Of a stretch of DNA of 64,000 nucleotides, positions 43,423 through 52,853 are shown in pieces (within the stretch, counting starts at the first letter, position 1; each line of letters opens with the position of its first letter). Under the pieces are notes generated by a model that did no database searches, was not told the origin of the DNA, and saw only the letters and a list, made by a program, of their open reading frames with translations. The position numbers were made by a program, and so were the translations under genes. Source of the DNA: Vicinamibacterales bacterium (lineage in GTDB: Bacteria > Acidobacteriota > Vicinamibacteria > Vicinamibacterales > CAVVIG01). The DNA is taken from assembly GCA_036004865.1 (NCBI GenBank), contig DASYQZ010000097.1:4606-68605 (forward strand), read 5' to 3'.

Positions 43423-44169
43423 CTAATGGACGCGACGGTCCCAGTCGTTCGCGCCGCGCCCGCCGGAGTACACGTCGAACTTCTTGCGGACGCGATTGAT
43501 CTTCCACTTCAAGTAGCGGTACTTCAGTTCCGCCAGTGGATGCATCCGCGCGCCTTTGAGGTACAGATAGCCGACCACGAGCCCGCCCAGATGCGTCGCG
43601 CTCGCGACGCCCCCCGACGGTCCGAGCGACGACAAGAACGCGATCGCACCCATGATCGCGACAAAGACCTTCGCCGGAACCGGGAAGACGAAATACATGT
43701 AAATCGGGCGATCAGGAAAATACAGGCCGTACGCCAGCAGCAGACCGTAAATCGCGCCGGATGCGCCGATGATGTTCGAACGGTAAAGCTGCTGCGCGAA
43801 CCCGAACGGCAGCAGCGAGAAGAAGACCGTCAGCAGTCCGGCCCCGACGCCCGTGACGAAATAGAACTTCAGAAAGTATCGTGTGCCCCAGGTGCGCTCG
43901 AGCTCCGTCCCGAACATCCAGAGCGCGAGCATGTTGAACACGATGTGGAAGACGCCGCCGTGCAGGAACATGTAGGTCGCGATCTGCCAGACCCACACAT
44001 TTCGCACGACGAAGACGGGATGTAACCCGAGCACGTCCGTGATGATCGGGAAAAAGATCTGCCCGACGAACATCACGACGTTTGCGCCGATGAGCGCCTT
44101 CAGCGCGGTCGAGAGGGGACCAGGACCAAAGGAGAACGAGGAGACGTACGGAGAAGGATAACGGCGCAT
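43423..44169 (-). CDS. rhomboid-family intramembrane serine protease
   Basis: ..YMFLHGGVFHIVFNMLALW.FG..E.., catalytic GASGAIYGLL, and ..HLGGLVVGYL. Confidence 0.87.
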   Translation of the reverse strand: MRRYPSPYVSSFSFGPGPLSTALKALIGANVVMFVGQIFFPIITDVLGLHPVFVVRNVWVWQIATYMFLHGGVFHIVFNMLALWMFGTELERTWGTRYFLKFYFVTGVGAGLLTVFFSLLPFGFAQQLYRSNIIGASGAIYGLLLAYGLYFPDRPIYMYFVFPVPAKVFVAIMGAIAFLSSLGPSGGVASATHLGGLVVGYLYLKGARMHPLAELKYRYLKWKINRVRKKFDVYSGGRGANDWDRRVH

Positions 44170-44228
44170 CTCAAAGGTCCGGATCGTACTATATCCGGAC
44201 AAAGCGGCGGCTCGCCGCTTGGCATCGA

Positions 44229-45854
44229 TTACCTGCTCAGCAACTTCCGTACCCGTACTCTCAGCATCGCGATCATCTCGTCGAATTCGGCAATGCGCAA
44301 AAGCTTCGCTGTCATGCCGAGAACAGTCAGTGCACCGACAATCGACGCCGTCAGCCTGACGACTTGAACGGTCACCGTTACCCCTGGTGTGAACACGTTC
44401 ATGACACGATCGACCACGAACGCTGCGCACGCCATCACGGCCGCCGCGATGGTGACTTTGACCAGCACGGCTGTGAGCCGGCGTCCCTCGAGACCTTCCA
44501 ATTGCCGCCGCAGGAGCCACACGAGCGCCGCGCCGTTGGCGACGGCCGCGATCGACGTGCCGAGCGCGAGTCCCAGAAATCCCATCGAGCGGACCAGCAT
44601 GACGCTGACTAGCACGTTCAGCACGATCGTGCCCGCGCTGACGAGGACCGGCACCCGGCTTCGGCCGATCGCGTAGAACGCCGGCGAGGCGATGCGCGCA
44701 GCCGAATAGCCGACGAGGCCGGCGGCATACAGCCGGACTGCTGCGGCCGTCGCGTCGGTGTCGGCCGGCAGAAACTGTCCGCGCTCGAACAACAGACGGA
44801 CGATCGGCGTCGCGAGCGCGATCAGGCCGAGCGTCGCCGGCACGTTCACGATCAACATCATCGCGAGGCCGCGCGACAGCGTGTCGCGAATTCCCGCCGC
44901 GTCGTCAGTTGCCGCGTGACGCGAGACGGCGGGCAGCACGGCCGTTCCGATCGAGACGCCGAAGAGTCCAATCGGCAGATACATGAGCCGGAACGCATAG
45001 GACAGCCACGAGACGGCGCCTGTCCCCTGACTGGTCGCCAGCAGTGTGTTGACGAAGATGTTCACCTGCGTCGCGGCGAGGCCGATCGTGCCGGGTCCCA
45101 TCAGCAGCAGCACCTGCTTCAGTCCCGCGTCGCGCGGATCGACGGTCGCTTCGTAGCGAAATCCTTCGCGCCGGAGCGACGGCCACTGAATGGCCGCCTG
45201 TCCGACACCGCCGACCAGCGCGCCGATCGCGATCGCCATGATGCGCGGCTCGCCGATCGCAGGCATCAGCGGCACGAGCGCGAACGCGCAGGCGATCGTG
45301 GCGACGTTGAACATCGCCGGCGCGAGCGCCGGCCAGAAATAATGGTGCAGCGAGTTGAGCATGCCCATCGACGCCGCGGCGATCGCCACGGTCGTGAGAA
45401 ACGGCAGCATCACGCGCGTCATGCGAACGGTGAGCGTCAGCTTCCCCGGCACGCTCCCGTAGTCGCCGGCGTACATCGTCACGAGCGGTTCGGCGAACAG
45501 CATGCCGGCCGCGACGAGCCCGCCCGTCACCAGCAGCAACGCATTCAGCACGTTGTTGCCCAGACGCCACGCCTCGCGCTTGCCGTGCAACGTGAGGTAG
45601 CGAGTGAACGTGGGCACGAACGCCGAGCTCATCGCGCCTTCTGCGAACAGATCGCGCCCGAGGTTCGGAATGCGGAACGCGACGATGAACGCGTCCATGT
45701 CGTTGCCCGCGCCGAACAGCGCGGCCAGGACTTGATCGCGCGCGAGACCGAGAACGCGGCTGGCGAGCGTCGCGACTCCGGTCACGCCAGCCGATCGCAC
45801 CAGATGTTCGGATGTGGACACCGTGTCCGATTTCGACGAGCTCGACGGCGTCAT
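44229..45854 (-). CDS. murJ: lipid II flippase MurJ
   Basis: ..LASRVLGLARDQVLAALFGAGNDMDAFIVAFRIPNLGRDLFAEGAMSSAFVP.F.. and 14 TM helices. ATG 45854 is preferred; GTG 45878 is possible. Confidence 0.9.
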   Translation of the reverse strand: MTPSSSSKSDTVSTSEHLVRSAGVTGVATLASRVLGLARDQVLAALFGAGNDMDAFIVAFRIPNLGRDLFAEGAMSSAFVPTFTRYLTLHGKREAWRLGNNVLNALLLVTGGLVAAGMLFAEPLVTMYAGDYGSVPGKLTLTVRMTRVMLPFLTTVAIAAASMGMLNSLHHYFWPALAPAMFNVATIACAFALVPLMPAIGEPRIMAIAIGALVGGVGQAAIQWPSLRREGFRYEATVDPRDAGLKQVLLLMGPGTIGLAATQVNIFVNTLLATSQGTGAVSWLSYAFRLMYLPIGLFGVSIGTAVLPAVSRHAATDDAAGIRDTLSRGLAMMLIVNVPATLGLIALATPIVRLLFERGQFLPADTDATAAAVRLYAAGLVGYSAARIASPAFYAIGRSRVPVLVSAGTIVLNVLVSVMLVRSMGFLGLALGTSIAAVANGAALVWLLRRQLEGLEGRRLTAVLVKVTIAAAVMACAAFVVDRVMNVFTPGVTVTVQVVRLTASIVGALTVLGMTAKLLRIAEFDEMIAMLRVRVRKLLSR

Positions 45855-45880
45855 ACCGACGACCGGCGAGCGTAGCACAC

Positions 45881-45910
45881 AAAAAAAGAGGCCCTCTTTG
45901 CAGAGGGCCT
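45881..45910 (-). terminator. rho-independent terminator after the YqeY-domain gene
   Basis: Minus strand reads AGGCCCTC-tgcaaa-GAGGGCCT followed by CTTTTTTT. Confidence 0.8.
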
Positions 45911-45984
45911 AAAGGAGGATGGATGAGAGGGCTTGTTTTGGCCGTCTCGGAGCCTTAGACGAATGACCCGCCGCAAAAGTTGTG

Positions 45985-46431
45985 TTACGACAGCTTCTGC
46001 TTCACAAGTTCGTTGACGGTCTTGCCGTCGACGCTTTGCCCGGCGAGCTTCGCCATCGCCGCTTTCATCACGCGCCCCATGTCTTTCACCGATGACGCGC
46101 CGGTTTCAGCGATGGCGTCGGCAATCGCGCGCTCGATGTCCGCACGATCGGCCGCGGGTGGCAGGTAGGTTTCGAGCACACGAATCTCCGCGGTTTCCTT
46201 ATCGACGAGATCCTGTCGTCCGCCTTTCGTGAACTGCTCGATGGAATCTTTACGCTGCTTGACGAGAGAGCCGACCACCTGAGCCGCTTCGTTGTCGTCG
46301 AGCGCGCGTCCGCGCTCGACTTCACGATTCATCAACGCGGCTTTGAGCATGCGTAGCGCGCCGAGACGCACCACGTCCCGCTTGCGCATCGCGTCCGCGA
46401 TGGCAGTGGTCACTTCGTCCAGGAGTGACAC
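45985..46431 (-). CDS. GatB/YqeY-domain protein
   Basis: ..AMRKRD..RLGALRMLKAAL.N.EVE....L.D.E...V....VKQRKDSIEQF..GGR.DLV.KE..E..VLE.YLP. Confidence 0.9.
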   Translation of the reverse strand: MSLLDEVTTAIADAMRKRDVVRLGALRMLKAALMNREVERGRALDDNEAAQVVGSLVKQRKDSIEQFTKGGRQDLVDKETAEIRVLETYLPPAADRADIERAIADAIAETGASSVKDMGRVMKAAMAKLAGQSVDGKTVNELVKQKLS

Positions 46432-46450
46432 GGGAGAACGCTTTTGAAAA

Positions 46451-47212
46451 CTACTGGCCTTCAGGACCGCCAGGCCGACGCACGGGTTGTCCCGGCTGGA
46501 TGATTTGTCCGGGCTGCCCGGGCTGCTGCGCCGGTTGAACGATCATGCCCGGTATGGCAACGCCGCCAGACGGCGCGGTCGGATACACGCCGGGCTGCGC
46601 CGGCTGCTGCGGCACGGCGCCGTTCGTTCCCGGCGGCATCACTTGCGGCGCGATGACCTGCGGCTGGGGGAACGCGTTGAACACTGGTCCGCGCGGATTC
46701 GGGACGCCACCGACAACGCCACCATTCGGCATGGCGACGTTCGGCATCGGAACGTTCGGCGCAGGACGTTCATCTTCAACGTCGTCATCGACCGGCGGCG
46801 GCGTGAATTGCGGCTGCGCGAATGTCGGCGTCGACGGTTGAGGAGCCATCGCCTGCCGCGGCGCCGCGCTGGTCGGCATCACCACGATGCGGTCGTATCG
46901 CGAGAGGTTGGCGACGGGAACCTGACGTGCCGCCGTCATGAACCCGCTGACCGATCGCAGGAGCAGGTCGAGCGCCTGCTGTTCCGGCATATTCGTGAGC
47001 TCGATCGTCATCGGGCCGCCCGGGATGCGCTCGACGTTCACGATTTTGGTCTGGCCGATTCGCGCCCATTCCGTGAGGATTTGGCGGAGCGTCGCATCCT
47101 TCGCGACGACGGACACGCGCCCATCCTGCATCGTCACCTTCACTTCCGCAAACGCGGTTGAGGCGCTCAGCAGCAACACGGCGACGAGGCTGGTCAGGAG
47201 GTGCATCCTCAT
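46451..47212 (-). CDS. secreted protein with an STN/secretin-N-like domain and a Pro/Gln-rich tail
   Basis: Signal MRMHLLTSLVAVLLLSASTAFA. ..VVAKDATLRQILTEWARIGQTKIVNVE..MTIELTNMPEQQALDLLLRS.. Low-complexity PQ-rich C-terminus. Confidence 0.5.
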   Translation of the reverse strand: MRMHLLTSLVAVLLLSASTAFAEVKVTMQDGRVSVVAKDATLRQILTEWARIGQTKIVNVERIPGGPMTIELTNMPEQQALDLLLRSVSGFMTAARQVPVANLSRYDRIVVMPTSAAPRQAMAPQPSTPTFAQPQFTPPPVDDDVEDERPAPNVPMPNVAMPNGGVVGGVPNPRGPVFNAFPQPQVIAPQVMPPGTNGAVPQQPAQPGVYPTAPSGGVAIPGMIVQPAQQPGQPGQIIQPGQPVRRPGGPEGQ

Positions 47213-47265
47213 ATTTGGACTCAGTCAGTATACGCGCGGCCTGGGGTCATTCCAAGCAGAGCCGG

Positions 47266-48228
47266 CTATTTCTTTCGGAAGTATTCGATCACCTGCACAA
47301 GAATGTCATCGAGCGTATTCCTGGGCTCATAGCCGATGAGCTCCCGGACGCGCTTGAGGCAAGGCACGCGCCGCGGCATGTCCTCGAAACCGGACTCATA
47401 GGCCTCGTCGTAAGGGATGAACTTGATGGGTGATTTCGAGCCCGTCAGGTCCCGGACACGCTCGGCCAGCTGCACGATCGTCACCTCTTGCGTATTCCCG
47501 ACGTTGATGACCTGTCCGATCGCGCGCGGTTCCTTTACGAGCTTCAACAGGGCACCGACGACATCGACGACGTGCGTGAACGAGCGCGTCTGCGTGCCGT
47601 CCCCAAATACCGTGATCGGTTCGCCGGCGAGCGATTGACGCACGAAGTTCGGGATGACCATTCCGTACTGGCCGGTTTGACGCGGTCCCACCGTGTTGAA
47701 GAAACGCACGATGATGACGGGCAGCTTGCGCTCTTTCCAGTACGCGAGCGCGAGGAACTCGTCGATGGCCTTGCTGCACGCGTACGCCCAGCGATGCTTC
47801 GGCGTCGGGCCCATGACGAGATCGGCGTCCTCGCGGAACGGGACGTCGTTGCTCTTGCCGTACACCTCGGACGTCGACGCGAGCACGACGAGCTTCTTCT
47901 TCTTGTTTGCGTGCTTGAGGACGACTTCCGTGCCGTGCACGTTGTTCTCGATGGTGTGCACCGGCTGCTCGACGATCAACTTCACGCCGACCGCCGCCGC
48001 GAGATGAAAGACGACGTCGCTGCGGTCGATGAGCTCTGCGAGCAGCATTTCGTTGTTCACGGTGTCGATGAAGTACTCGAAGCCGGGTTTCCCTTTGAGA
48101 TGCGAGATGTTGTCGATCGATCCCGTCGACAGGTTGTCGAGAATCAGGACCTCGTCGCCCTGTGCGAGCAACGCGTCGGAAAGATGCGATCCGATGAAGC
48201 CGGCTCCGCCGGTGACTAACGCACGCAC
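47266..48228 (-). CDS. NAD-dependent sugar-nucleotide decarboxylase/epimerase (UXS / ArnA C-terminal-like SDR)
   Basis: VTGGAGFIGSHL, STSEVYG, and the ..WAYACSK.. YxxxK motif. Confidence 0.85.
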   Translation of the reverse strand: MRALVTGGAGFIGSHLSDALLAQGDEVLILDNLSTGSIDNISHLKGKPGFEYFIDTVNNEMLLAELIDRSDVVFHLAAAVGVKLIVEQPVHTIENNVHGTEVVLKHANKKKKLVVLASTSEVYGKSNDVPFREDADLVMGPTPKHRWAYACSKAIDEFLALAYWKERKLPVIIVRFFNTVGPRQTGQYGMVIPNFVRQSLAGEPITVFGDGTQTRSFTHVVDVVGALLKLVKEPRAIGQVINVGNTQEVTIVQLAERVRDLTGSKSPIKFIPYDEAYESGFEDMPRRVPCLKRVRELIGYEPRNTLDDILVQVIEYFRKK

Positions 48229-49340
48229 TCGTCCGTCCTTTCAAACGCGCTGACCGCCGCGGCGACGTCGCGCACCTCGTCCTCGCTGAGCGCGGGATGC
48301 AGCGGCAGCGACAGCACTTCCTCACAGACGCCGCTCGCCACGCGACAGCAATCGGCCGGCGCCATGCCGGCCAGCGCCGGCTGACGCGGAATCGGCAGCG
48401 GATAGTGAATCAGGGTTTCGATGCCGCGCGCCGCCAGATGCGCCTGGAGATCGTAACGTGCGGCGCTGCGCACGACGAACAGATGGTACACATGTCCGGG
48501 ATCGCGTTCGGGCGGCACCGACACCGGCGCATTCACGAGCGCCGCGCGATATGCGGCGGCGAGGCGGCGGCGCCGCTCGGTCCACGCGCGGAGCCGCGGC
48601 AGGCGTGCGCGCAGGATGGCCGCCTGCATTTCGTCGAGCCGCGAATTGATCCCCGCCTCGCGATGCTGATAGCGATCGGTCTGCCCGCCGTTGCGCAGCC
48701 GCTCGATCTTTTCGGCCAGCGCCGCTTGGTTGGTGATGACCGCGCCGCCGTCGCCGAGCGCGCCCAGATTTTTCGTCGGGTAGAAGCTGAAGGCGCCCGC
48801 GACGCCGATCGTGCCGACGGGCCGTCCGCCCGCGGTGGCGAGATGCGCCTGGCAGCAATCCTCGACGATCTGCAACTGGTGCTGTGCCGCGATCGCCGCG
48901 ATCGCCGTCATGTCCGCCGGCTGACCGTAGAGATGCACCGGCAGCACGGCGCGCGTGCGCGTCGTGATCGCGCGTTCGATCTGATGCGGATCGAGCGTGA
49001 GGCGCTCGGGGTCGATGTCGGCGAAGACAGGCCGCGCGCCCACCATCATGATGGCGAGCGCGGTGTAGGCCGCCGAAAGCGGCGTGGTGATGACTTCGTC
49101 GCCCTCGCCGATACCGAGCGCGCGGAGAATCAGCGCGATCGCGTCGGTGCCGGTGCCGACGCCGACCGCGTGCGCGGCCCCCATCGCCGCCGCGAACTCG
49201 GCCTCGAAGGCCTCGACTTCCGGTCCGAGCACGAACCAGCCGCTGGCGACGACGCGATCGATCGCGCTCTTCACGGCGGCTGCGTCTTCGCTTCCCGGGG
49301 CGGGCACCAGCGACAGGAACGGCAGGCGCGGGCCGGTCAC
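48216..49340 (-). CDS. DegT/DnrJ/EryC1/StrS (ArnB-like) PLP-dependent sugar aminotransferase
   Basis: ..GWFVLGPEV.AFE.EFA...G..HAVGV.TGTDA..L.. and ..FSFYPTKNLGALGDGG... Start trimmed to GTG 49340 because the longer ORF reads through an F1 repeat module. Confidence 0.88.
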   Translation of the reverse strand: MTGPRLPFLSLVPAPGSEDAAAVKSAIDRVVASGWFVLGPEVEAFEAEFAAAMGAAHAVGVGTGTDAIALILRALGIGEGDEVITTPLSAAYTALAIMMVGARPVFADIDPERLTLDPHQIERAITTRTRAVLPVHLYGQPADMTAIAAIAAQHQLQIVEDCCQAHLATAGGRPVGTIGVAGAFSFYPTKNLGALGDGGAVITNQAALAEKIERLRNGGQTDRYQHREAGINSRLDEMQAAILRARLPRLRAWTERRRRLAAAYRAALVNAPVSVPPERDPGHVYHLFVVRSAARYDLQAHLAARGIETLIHYPLPIPRQPALAGMAPADCCRVASGVCEEVLSLPLHPALSEDEVRDVAAAVSAFERTDECVR

Positions 49341-50401
49341 ACGCGCTCCGATCGGCCACCCCAACGCGGCTGCCGCGTTGCGGACCCCGGCGCGTCGCGC
49401 GGGTCGAGGTACTGCCCGAGGTTCTGGCGATAGAACTCGACCGTCCGCCGCAAGCCCTCGGCGAGCGTGATCGCCGGCCTCCATCCGGTCGTGCGTGTGA
49501 ATTTCGACGAATCGGTGTAGATGCTGCCGATGTCAATCGCAATCTTCTCGGGCGGCCAGTCCACGTACTCGACGCGTCCCGATCCCGCGACGTCGATGAG
49601 CAGCGACGTCAATTGACGGTGGCTGATCGCCTCGTCGCCTCCGACGTTGAACGCCTCGCCGTTGACGGCGTCGCTCGCGCCGGCGCGCAGAAACGCATCC
49701 GCCGCGTCGTCGACGAACACGAAGTCGCGTAGCTGCGAGCCGTCGCCGTAGATCTGGATCGTCGCGTCTTCGATCGCGAGCCGAATGAACCACGCGACGA
49801 AACCCTGTCGATTGTGTTTGATCAGCTGACGTGGCCCGTAGACGTTCGTGAGCCGCAGCGAGCAGGCGCGCACGCCAAACACATTGTTGTACACAAGGTG
49901 GTAATACTCGCCCGCCGCCTTGTTGATGCCGTTGACGTCGGTCGGCCGCACGAGGTGCGTTTCGTCGACCGGCAGCGAGCCGGGCTTGCCGTAGACCTGC
50001 CGCGTGCCGGCGAACACGACCTTGACGCCGGGATTGTGATTGCGGCACGCCTCCAGCACCGTCAGCTGGCTGCGGCAGTTGATTTCCAGATCCGTGTACG
50101 GATCCCGCATGCTGTCGATGTGGCTCACCTGTCCGGCGAGATTGAAGATCACGTGGCGATCGCGCACCAGATAGTTCATCGTCGACTGCTGGCGGATGTC
50201 GGCGACGTTCACGCGCAGGCGATCGGCGATGCCGTCGATGTTGAACAGGTTGCCGCCGTAGTCCGGGATGAGCGAGTCGACGAGCAGCACGTCGGCGCCC
50301 AAATCGACGAGTACGCGCGCGAGGTTGCTGCCGATGAATCCGAGGCCGCCGGTGATCATCACACGACGGCCGCGGTAGAACTCGCGGTAGTCCACCGTCA
50401 C
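49337..50401 (-). CDS. NAD-dependent epimerase/dehydratase (SDR)
   Basis: ITGGLGFIGSNL and the ..YYHLVY../..INKAAGE.. catalytic region. GTG 50401 forms a GTGA overlap with the upstream GT2 stop. The last roughly 20 codons are repeat-derived. Confidence 0.85.
   Translation of the reverse strand: MTVDYREFYRGRRVMITGGLGFIGSNLARVLVDLGADVLLVDSLIPDYGGNLFNIDGIADRLRVNVADIRQQSTMNYLVRDRHVIFNLAGQVSHIDSMRDPYTDLEINCRSQLTVLEACRNHNPGVKVVFAGTRQVYGKPGSLPVDETHLVRPTDVNGINKAAGEYYHLVYNNVFGVRACSLRLTNVYGPRQLIKHNRQGFVAWFIRLAIEDATIQIYGDGSQLRDFVFVDDAADAFLRAGASDAVNGEAFNVGGDEAISHRQLTSLLIDVAGSGRVEYVDWPPEKIAIDIGSIYTDSSKFTRTTGWRPAITLAEGLRRTVEFYRQNLGQYLDPRDAPGSATRQPRWGGRSERV
49361..49398 (-). repeat. isolated hairpin module of family F1
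   Basis: ccaccccaacgcggctgccgcgttgcggaccccgg matches the inner hairpin of copy A (13545-13575) in reverse complement. Confidence 0.75.
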
Positions 50402-51204
50402 GGGCGCGGCGGGCTGGGATACACGCGATTGGCCGGATCGGACGCTGTCTGAGCGAGCGGTCGCACGCCTGGCCGCTGATGCTCGTGGCGGATGACGAGC
50501 GCGAACCAGAGGATCAGCAGATCCCGGCCCGTTCTGGCGAGACGCCGGACGTTGAAGAACTGCGACTTGCCGAACGCGCGGTGGTAATGGTGCACCGGCA
50601 CTTCGACGATCCGGAAACCGCCGTCCTGGATCTTCTTCATCATCTCGACGCAGATGATGCCGCTCGTCTTCTCGAGGTTGATGCGCTCGAAAATCCTGCG
50701 GCGCATCAGACGAAAATCGCAGTCGACGTCGCGCAGCTTCAGACCGAACAGGATGCTGACGACGTAGTGGTAGACGCGCCCGATGACGACGCGATGCAGC
50801 GGATCGGCGCGGCTGATCTTGTAGCCGTTCACGAGGTCGGCCTCCGGCGTCATCGTGCGCCACAGCGCCGTCAACTCCGTCGGGTCGTACTGCGCATCGC
50901 CGTCCGTATAGAAGATCAGTTCTTTGGTCGCGGAGCGGAAGCCGGTCTGCAGCGCCGCGCCGTAATCGCGATTGATCGGATGGTGCACCGCGCGTACCTG
51001 CGGATACGTCCGCGCCAGCTCGTCGGCGATGTCCGCCGTTCCGTCGGCGCTGCCGTCGTCGACGATGATGATCTCGAAGTCCGGCGTCAGCTCAGACGCG
51101 GTCTTCACCGCGCGGATCACCATGCTCGCGATGGTGCCGCTGTCGTTGTACGCCGGGAAGAAGACGCTCAGCCCCGCGGGCTTCTTGGCGGGAGACCCTG
51201 GCAT
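50398..51204 (-). CDS. family 2 glycosyltransferase (ArnC/DPM1-like polyprenyl-phosphate sugar transferase)
   Basis: LSVFFPAYND...IIIVDDGSADGT...YTDGDAQYDP. Start trimmed to ATG 51204. Confidence 0.85.
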   Translation of the reverse strand: MPGSPAKKPAGLSVFFPAYNDSGTIASMVIRAVKTASELTPDFEIIIVDDGSADGTADIADELARTYPQVRAVHHPINRDYGAALQTGFRSATKELIFYTDGDAQYDPTELTALWRTMTPEADLVNGYKISRADPLHRVVIGRVYHYVVSILFGLKLRDVDCDFRLMRRRIFERINLEKTSGIICVEMMKKIQDGGFRIVEVPVHHYHRAFGKSQFFNVRRLARTGRDLLILWFALVIRHEHQRPGVRPLAQTASDPANRVYPSPPRP

Positions 51205-51254
51205 GTAAAAAGTGCCTAAACCATAGCACGAACAGGAAGCCGGATCATGGGCCT

Positions 51255-51986
51255 TCAGGGCTGCCATCGCGTGATGAGCCGCCACGGCGTGAGCGCCGAC
51301 TCGAACAGCACGCGTCCCGACATCTTCGATTGTCCCTGCCGCCGCTCGACGAACGTGATGGGCACTTCGGCGATGCGCGATCCGAGCCTCTGCGCGACGT
51401 ACAGCATCTCGACGAGAAACGAATAGCCATCCGACGTGAACCGATCGAGCGGCAGCGACGCGAGCGTGGCGCGCCGCCAGCAGCGGTAGCCGCTCGTACA
51501 GTCGTGCACGCTCAGGCGTGTGATGAACCTGACGTAGGCGTTCGCGAAGCGGCTGAGAGCGCGGCGGCGCTTCGGCCAGTTGACGATGCCGCCGCCGGGA
51601 ATGTACCGCGATCCCAGCACGACGTCGGCGCGCGCCGTCGCCGCGATCAGATCCGGAAGGTGCCGCGGATCGTGTGAGAGGTCGGCGTCCATCTGGCAGA
51701 TGACGTCGACGGGACGCTCGATGGCGCGCCGGATGCCGTCGATGTACGAGCGCCCGAGCCCCGGCCGCTCCGTGCGGTGCATCACGTCGATTCGGTTCGG
51801 GTGCCGGCGCGCGAGCGCATCCGCCACCTCGCCCGTTCCGTCCGGCGACGCATCGTCGACGACGAGCAGCGTGACATTCGGATAGTTCATCAGCGCGTCG
51901 ACCAGGAGCGGCAGGTTGTCCCGTTCGTTGAACGTCGGCACGATGACGAGCGCGGCGGATCCGCCCGCCGGGTTCGGCGCCGTCAC
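51255..51986 (-). CDS. polyprenol-phosphate mannose synthase-like GT2
   Basis: LVIVPTFNERDNL..LVVDDASPDGT..QMDADLSHDP..GSRY..GG. GTG 51986 forms a GTGA overlap with the upstream stop. Confidence 0.85.
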   Translation of the reverse strand: MTAPNPAGGSAALVIVPTFNERDNLPLLVDALMNYPNVTLLVVDDASPDGTGEVADALARRHPNRIDVMHRTERPGLGRSYIDGIRRAIERPVDVICQMDADLSHDPRHLPDLIAATARADVVLGSRYIPGGGIVNWPKRRRALSRFANAYVRFITRLSVHDCTSGYRCWRRATLASLPLDRFTSDGYSFLVEMLYVAQRLGSRIAEVPITFVERRQGQSKMSGRVLFESALTPWRLITRWQP

Positions 51987-52840
51987 CGGCGTCCTTCGAA
52001 CCGGAGCGACGAGATCTGCTCCGAGACGAGGCCCACCAGGAAGATCACGACGCTCAACAAAATGAGCAGCACGGATGAGTTCGTCACGTGCGATTGCGTG
52101 GCGATCGTCCACATTGCATACGCCGCGCCGATCAGGAAGGCGGCGGCGCTGATCGGCAGAAAGATGCGCAGCGGACTGAAAATCGTGATGACCTTCAGCA
52201 GGATCAGCAGAAACCTGACGCCGTCCGATCCCAGTCGGATCTTCGACTTCCCCTGCCGCCGCGCGGCATCGATTGGCTCGAAGCGCACGCTGTATCCCGC
52301 TTTGATGAAGGCCAGCGTGGTCGTCGTCGGCGTGGAGAATCCGTTCGGCAGCAGATGCAGGAACTCGAGCAGGTGCTCGCGGCGCGCCGCGCGAAATCCG
52401 GATGTGAGATCGGCAATCGGCTGTTCGGTCAGGTAGCTCGCGATCCAGTTCAACGCCGAGTTTCCCAGCCGCCGCGCCTGGCTCGCCTGGCTCTCCGTCG
52501 ATCGCGCGCCGACGACGAGATCGTAGTCGGCGAGCTGCGCCACGAGCCGGACGGCATCGGACGGCTGATGCTGACCATCGGCGTCGACGATCAGGACGAA
52601 CGAACCCGCCGCATGGCGAACTCCCGTTTTCACTGCCGCGCCGTTCCCTTTGTTGTACGGATGACGAATCACCTGCGCGCCCGCCGCCGACGCTCTCGCA
52701 CCGGTGTCGTCGGTCGATCCGTCGTCCACGACGAGGATCTCGCGCCACGAACCGGCGCTTCGCAAGTCGGCGACGAGCGCCGCGATGGATGCCGCTTCGT
52801 TGAATGCGGGGATGATGATCGATGTCTCGGCCGGTGCCAT
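51983..52840 (-). CDS. family 2 glycosyltransferase with a C-terminal membrane anchor
   Basis: SIIIPAFNE..ILVVDDGSTDDT..VDADGQHQP.., followed by two C-terminal TM helices. Confidence 0.85.
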   Translation of the reverse strand: MAPAETSIIIPAFNEAASIAALVADLRSAGSWREILVVDDGSTDDTGARASAAGAQVIRHPYNKGNGAAVKTGVRHAAGSFVLIVDADGQHQPSDAVRLVAQLADYDLVVGARSTESQASQARRLGNSALNWIASYLTEQPIADLTSGFRAARREHLLEFLHLLPNGFSTPTTTTLAFIKAGYSVRFEPIDAARRQGKSKIRLGSDGVRFLLILLKVITIFSPLRIFLPISAAAFLIGAAYAMWTIATQSHVTNSSVLLILLSVVIFLVGLVSEQISSLRFEGRR

Positions 52841-52853
52841 GGGCGGTCAGCTC

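Noticed and set aside
43426-44025. 199-aa plus-strand ORF, and other 60-200-aa ORFs overlapping annotated genes throughout the window
   Set aside because: All lie antisense or out of frame within motif-supported genes and have the R/A/G/P-rich composition of GC-driven open frames. None has a Shine-Dalgarno sequence or a recognisable domain.
51249-51266. 14-nt match (GGCAGCCCTGAAGG) to the REP doublet at 37550-37574
   Set aside because: It is too short, lacks the hairpin partner and the GTAG, and overlaps the last codons of a GT2 gene. It is noted but not called as a repeat copy.
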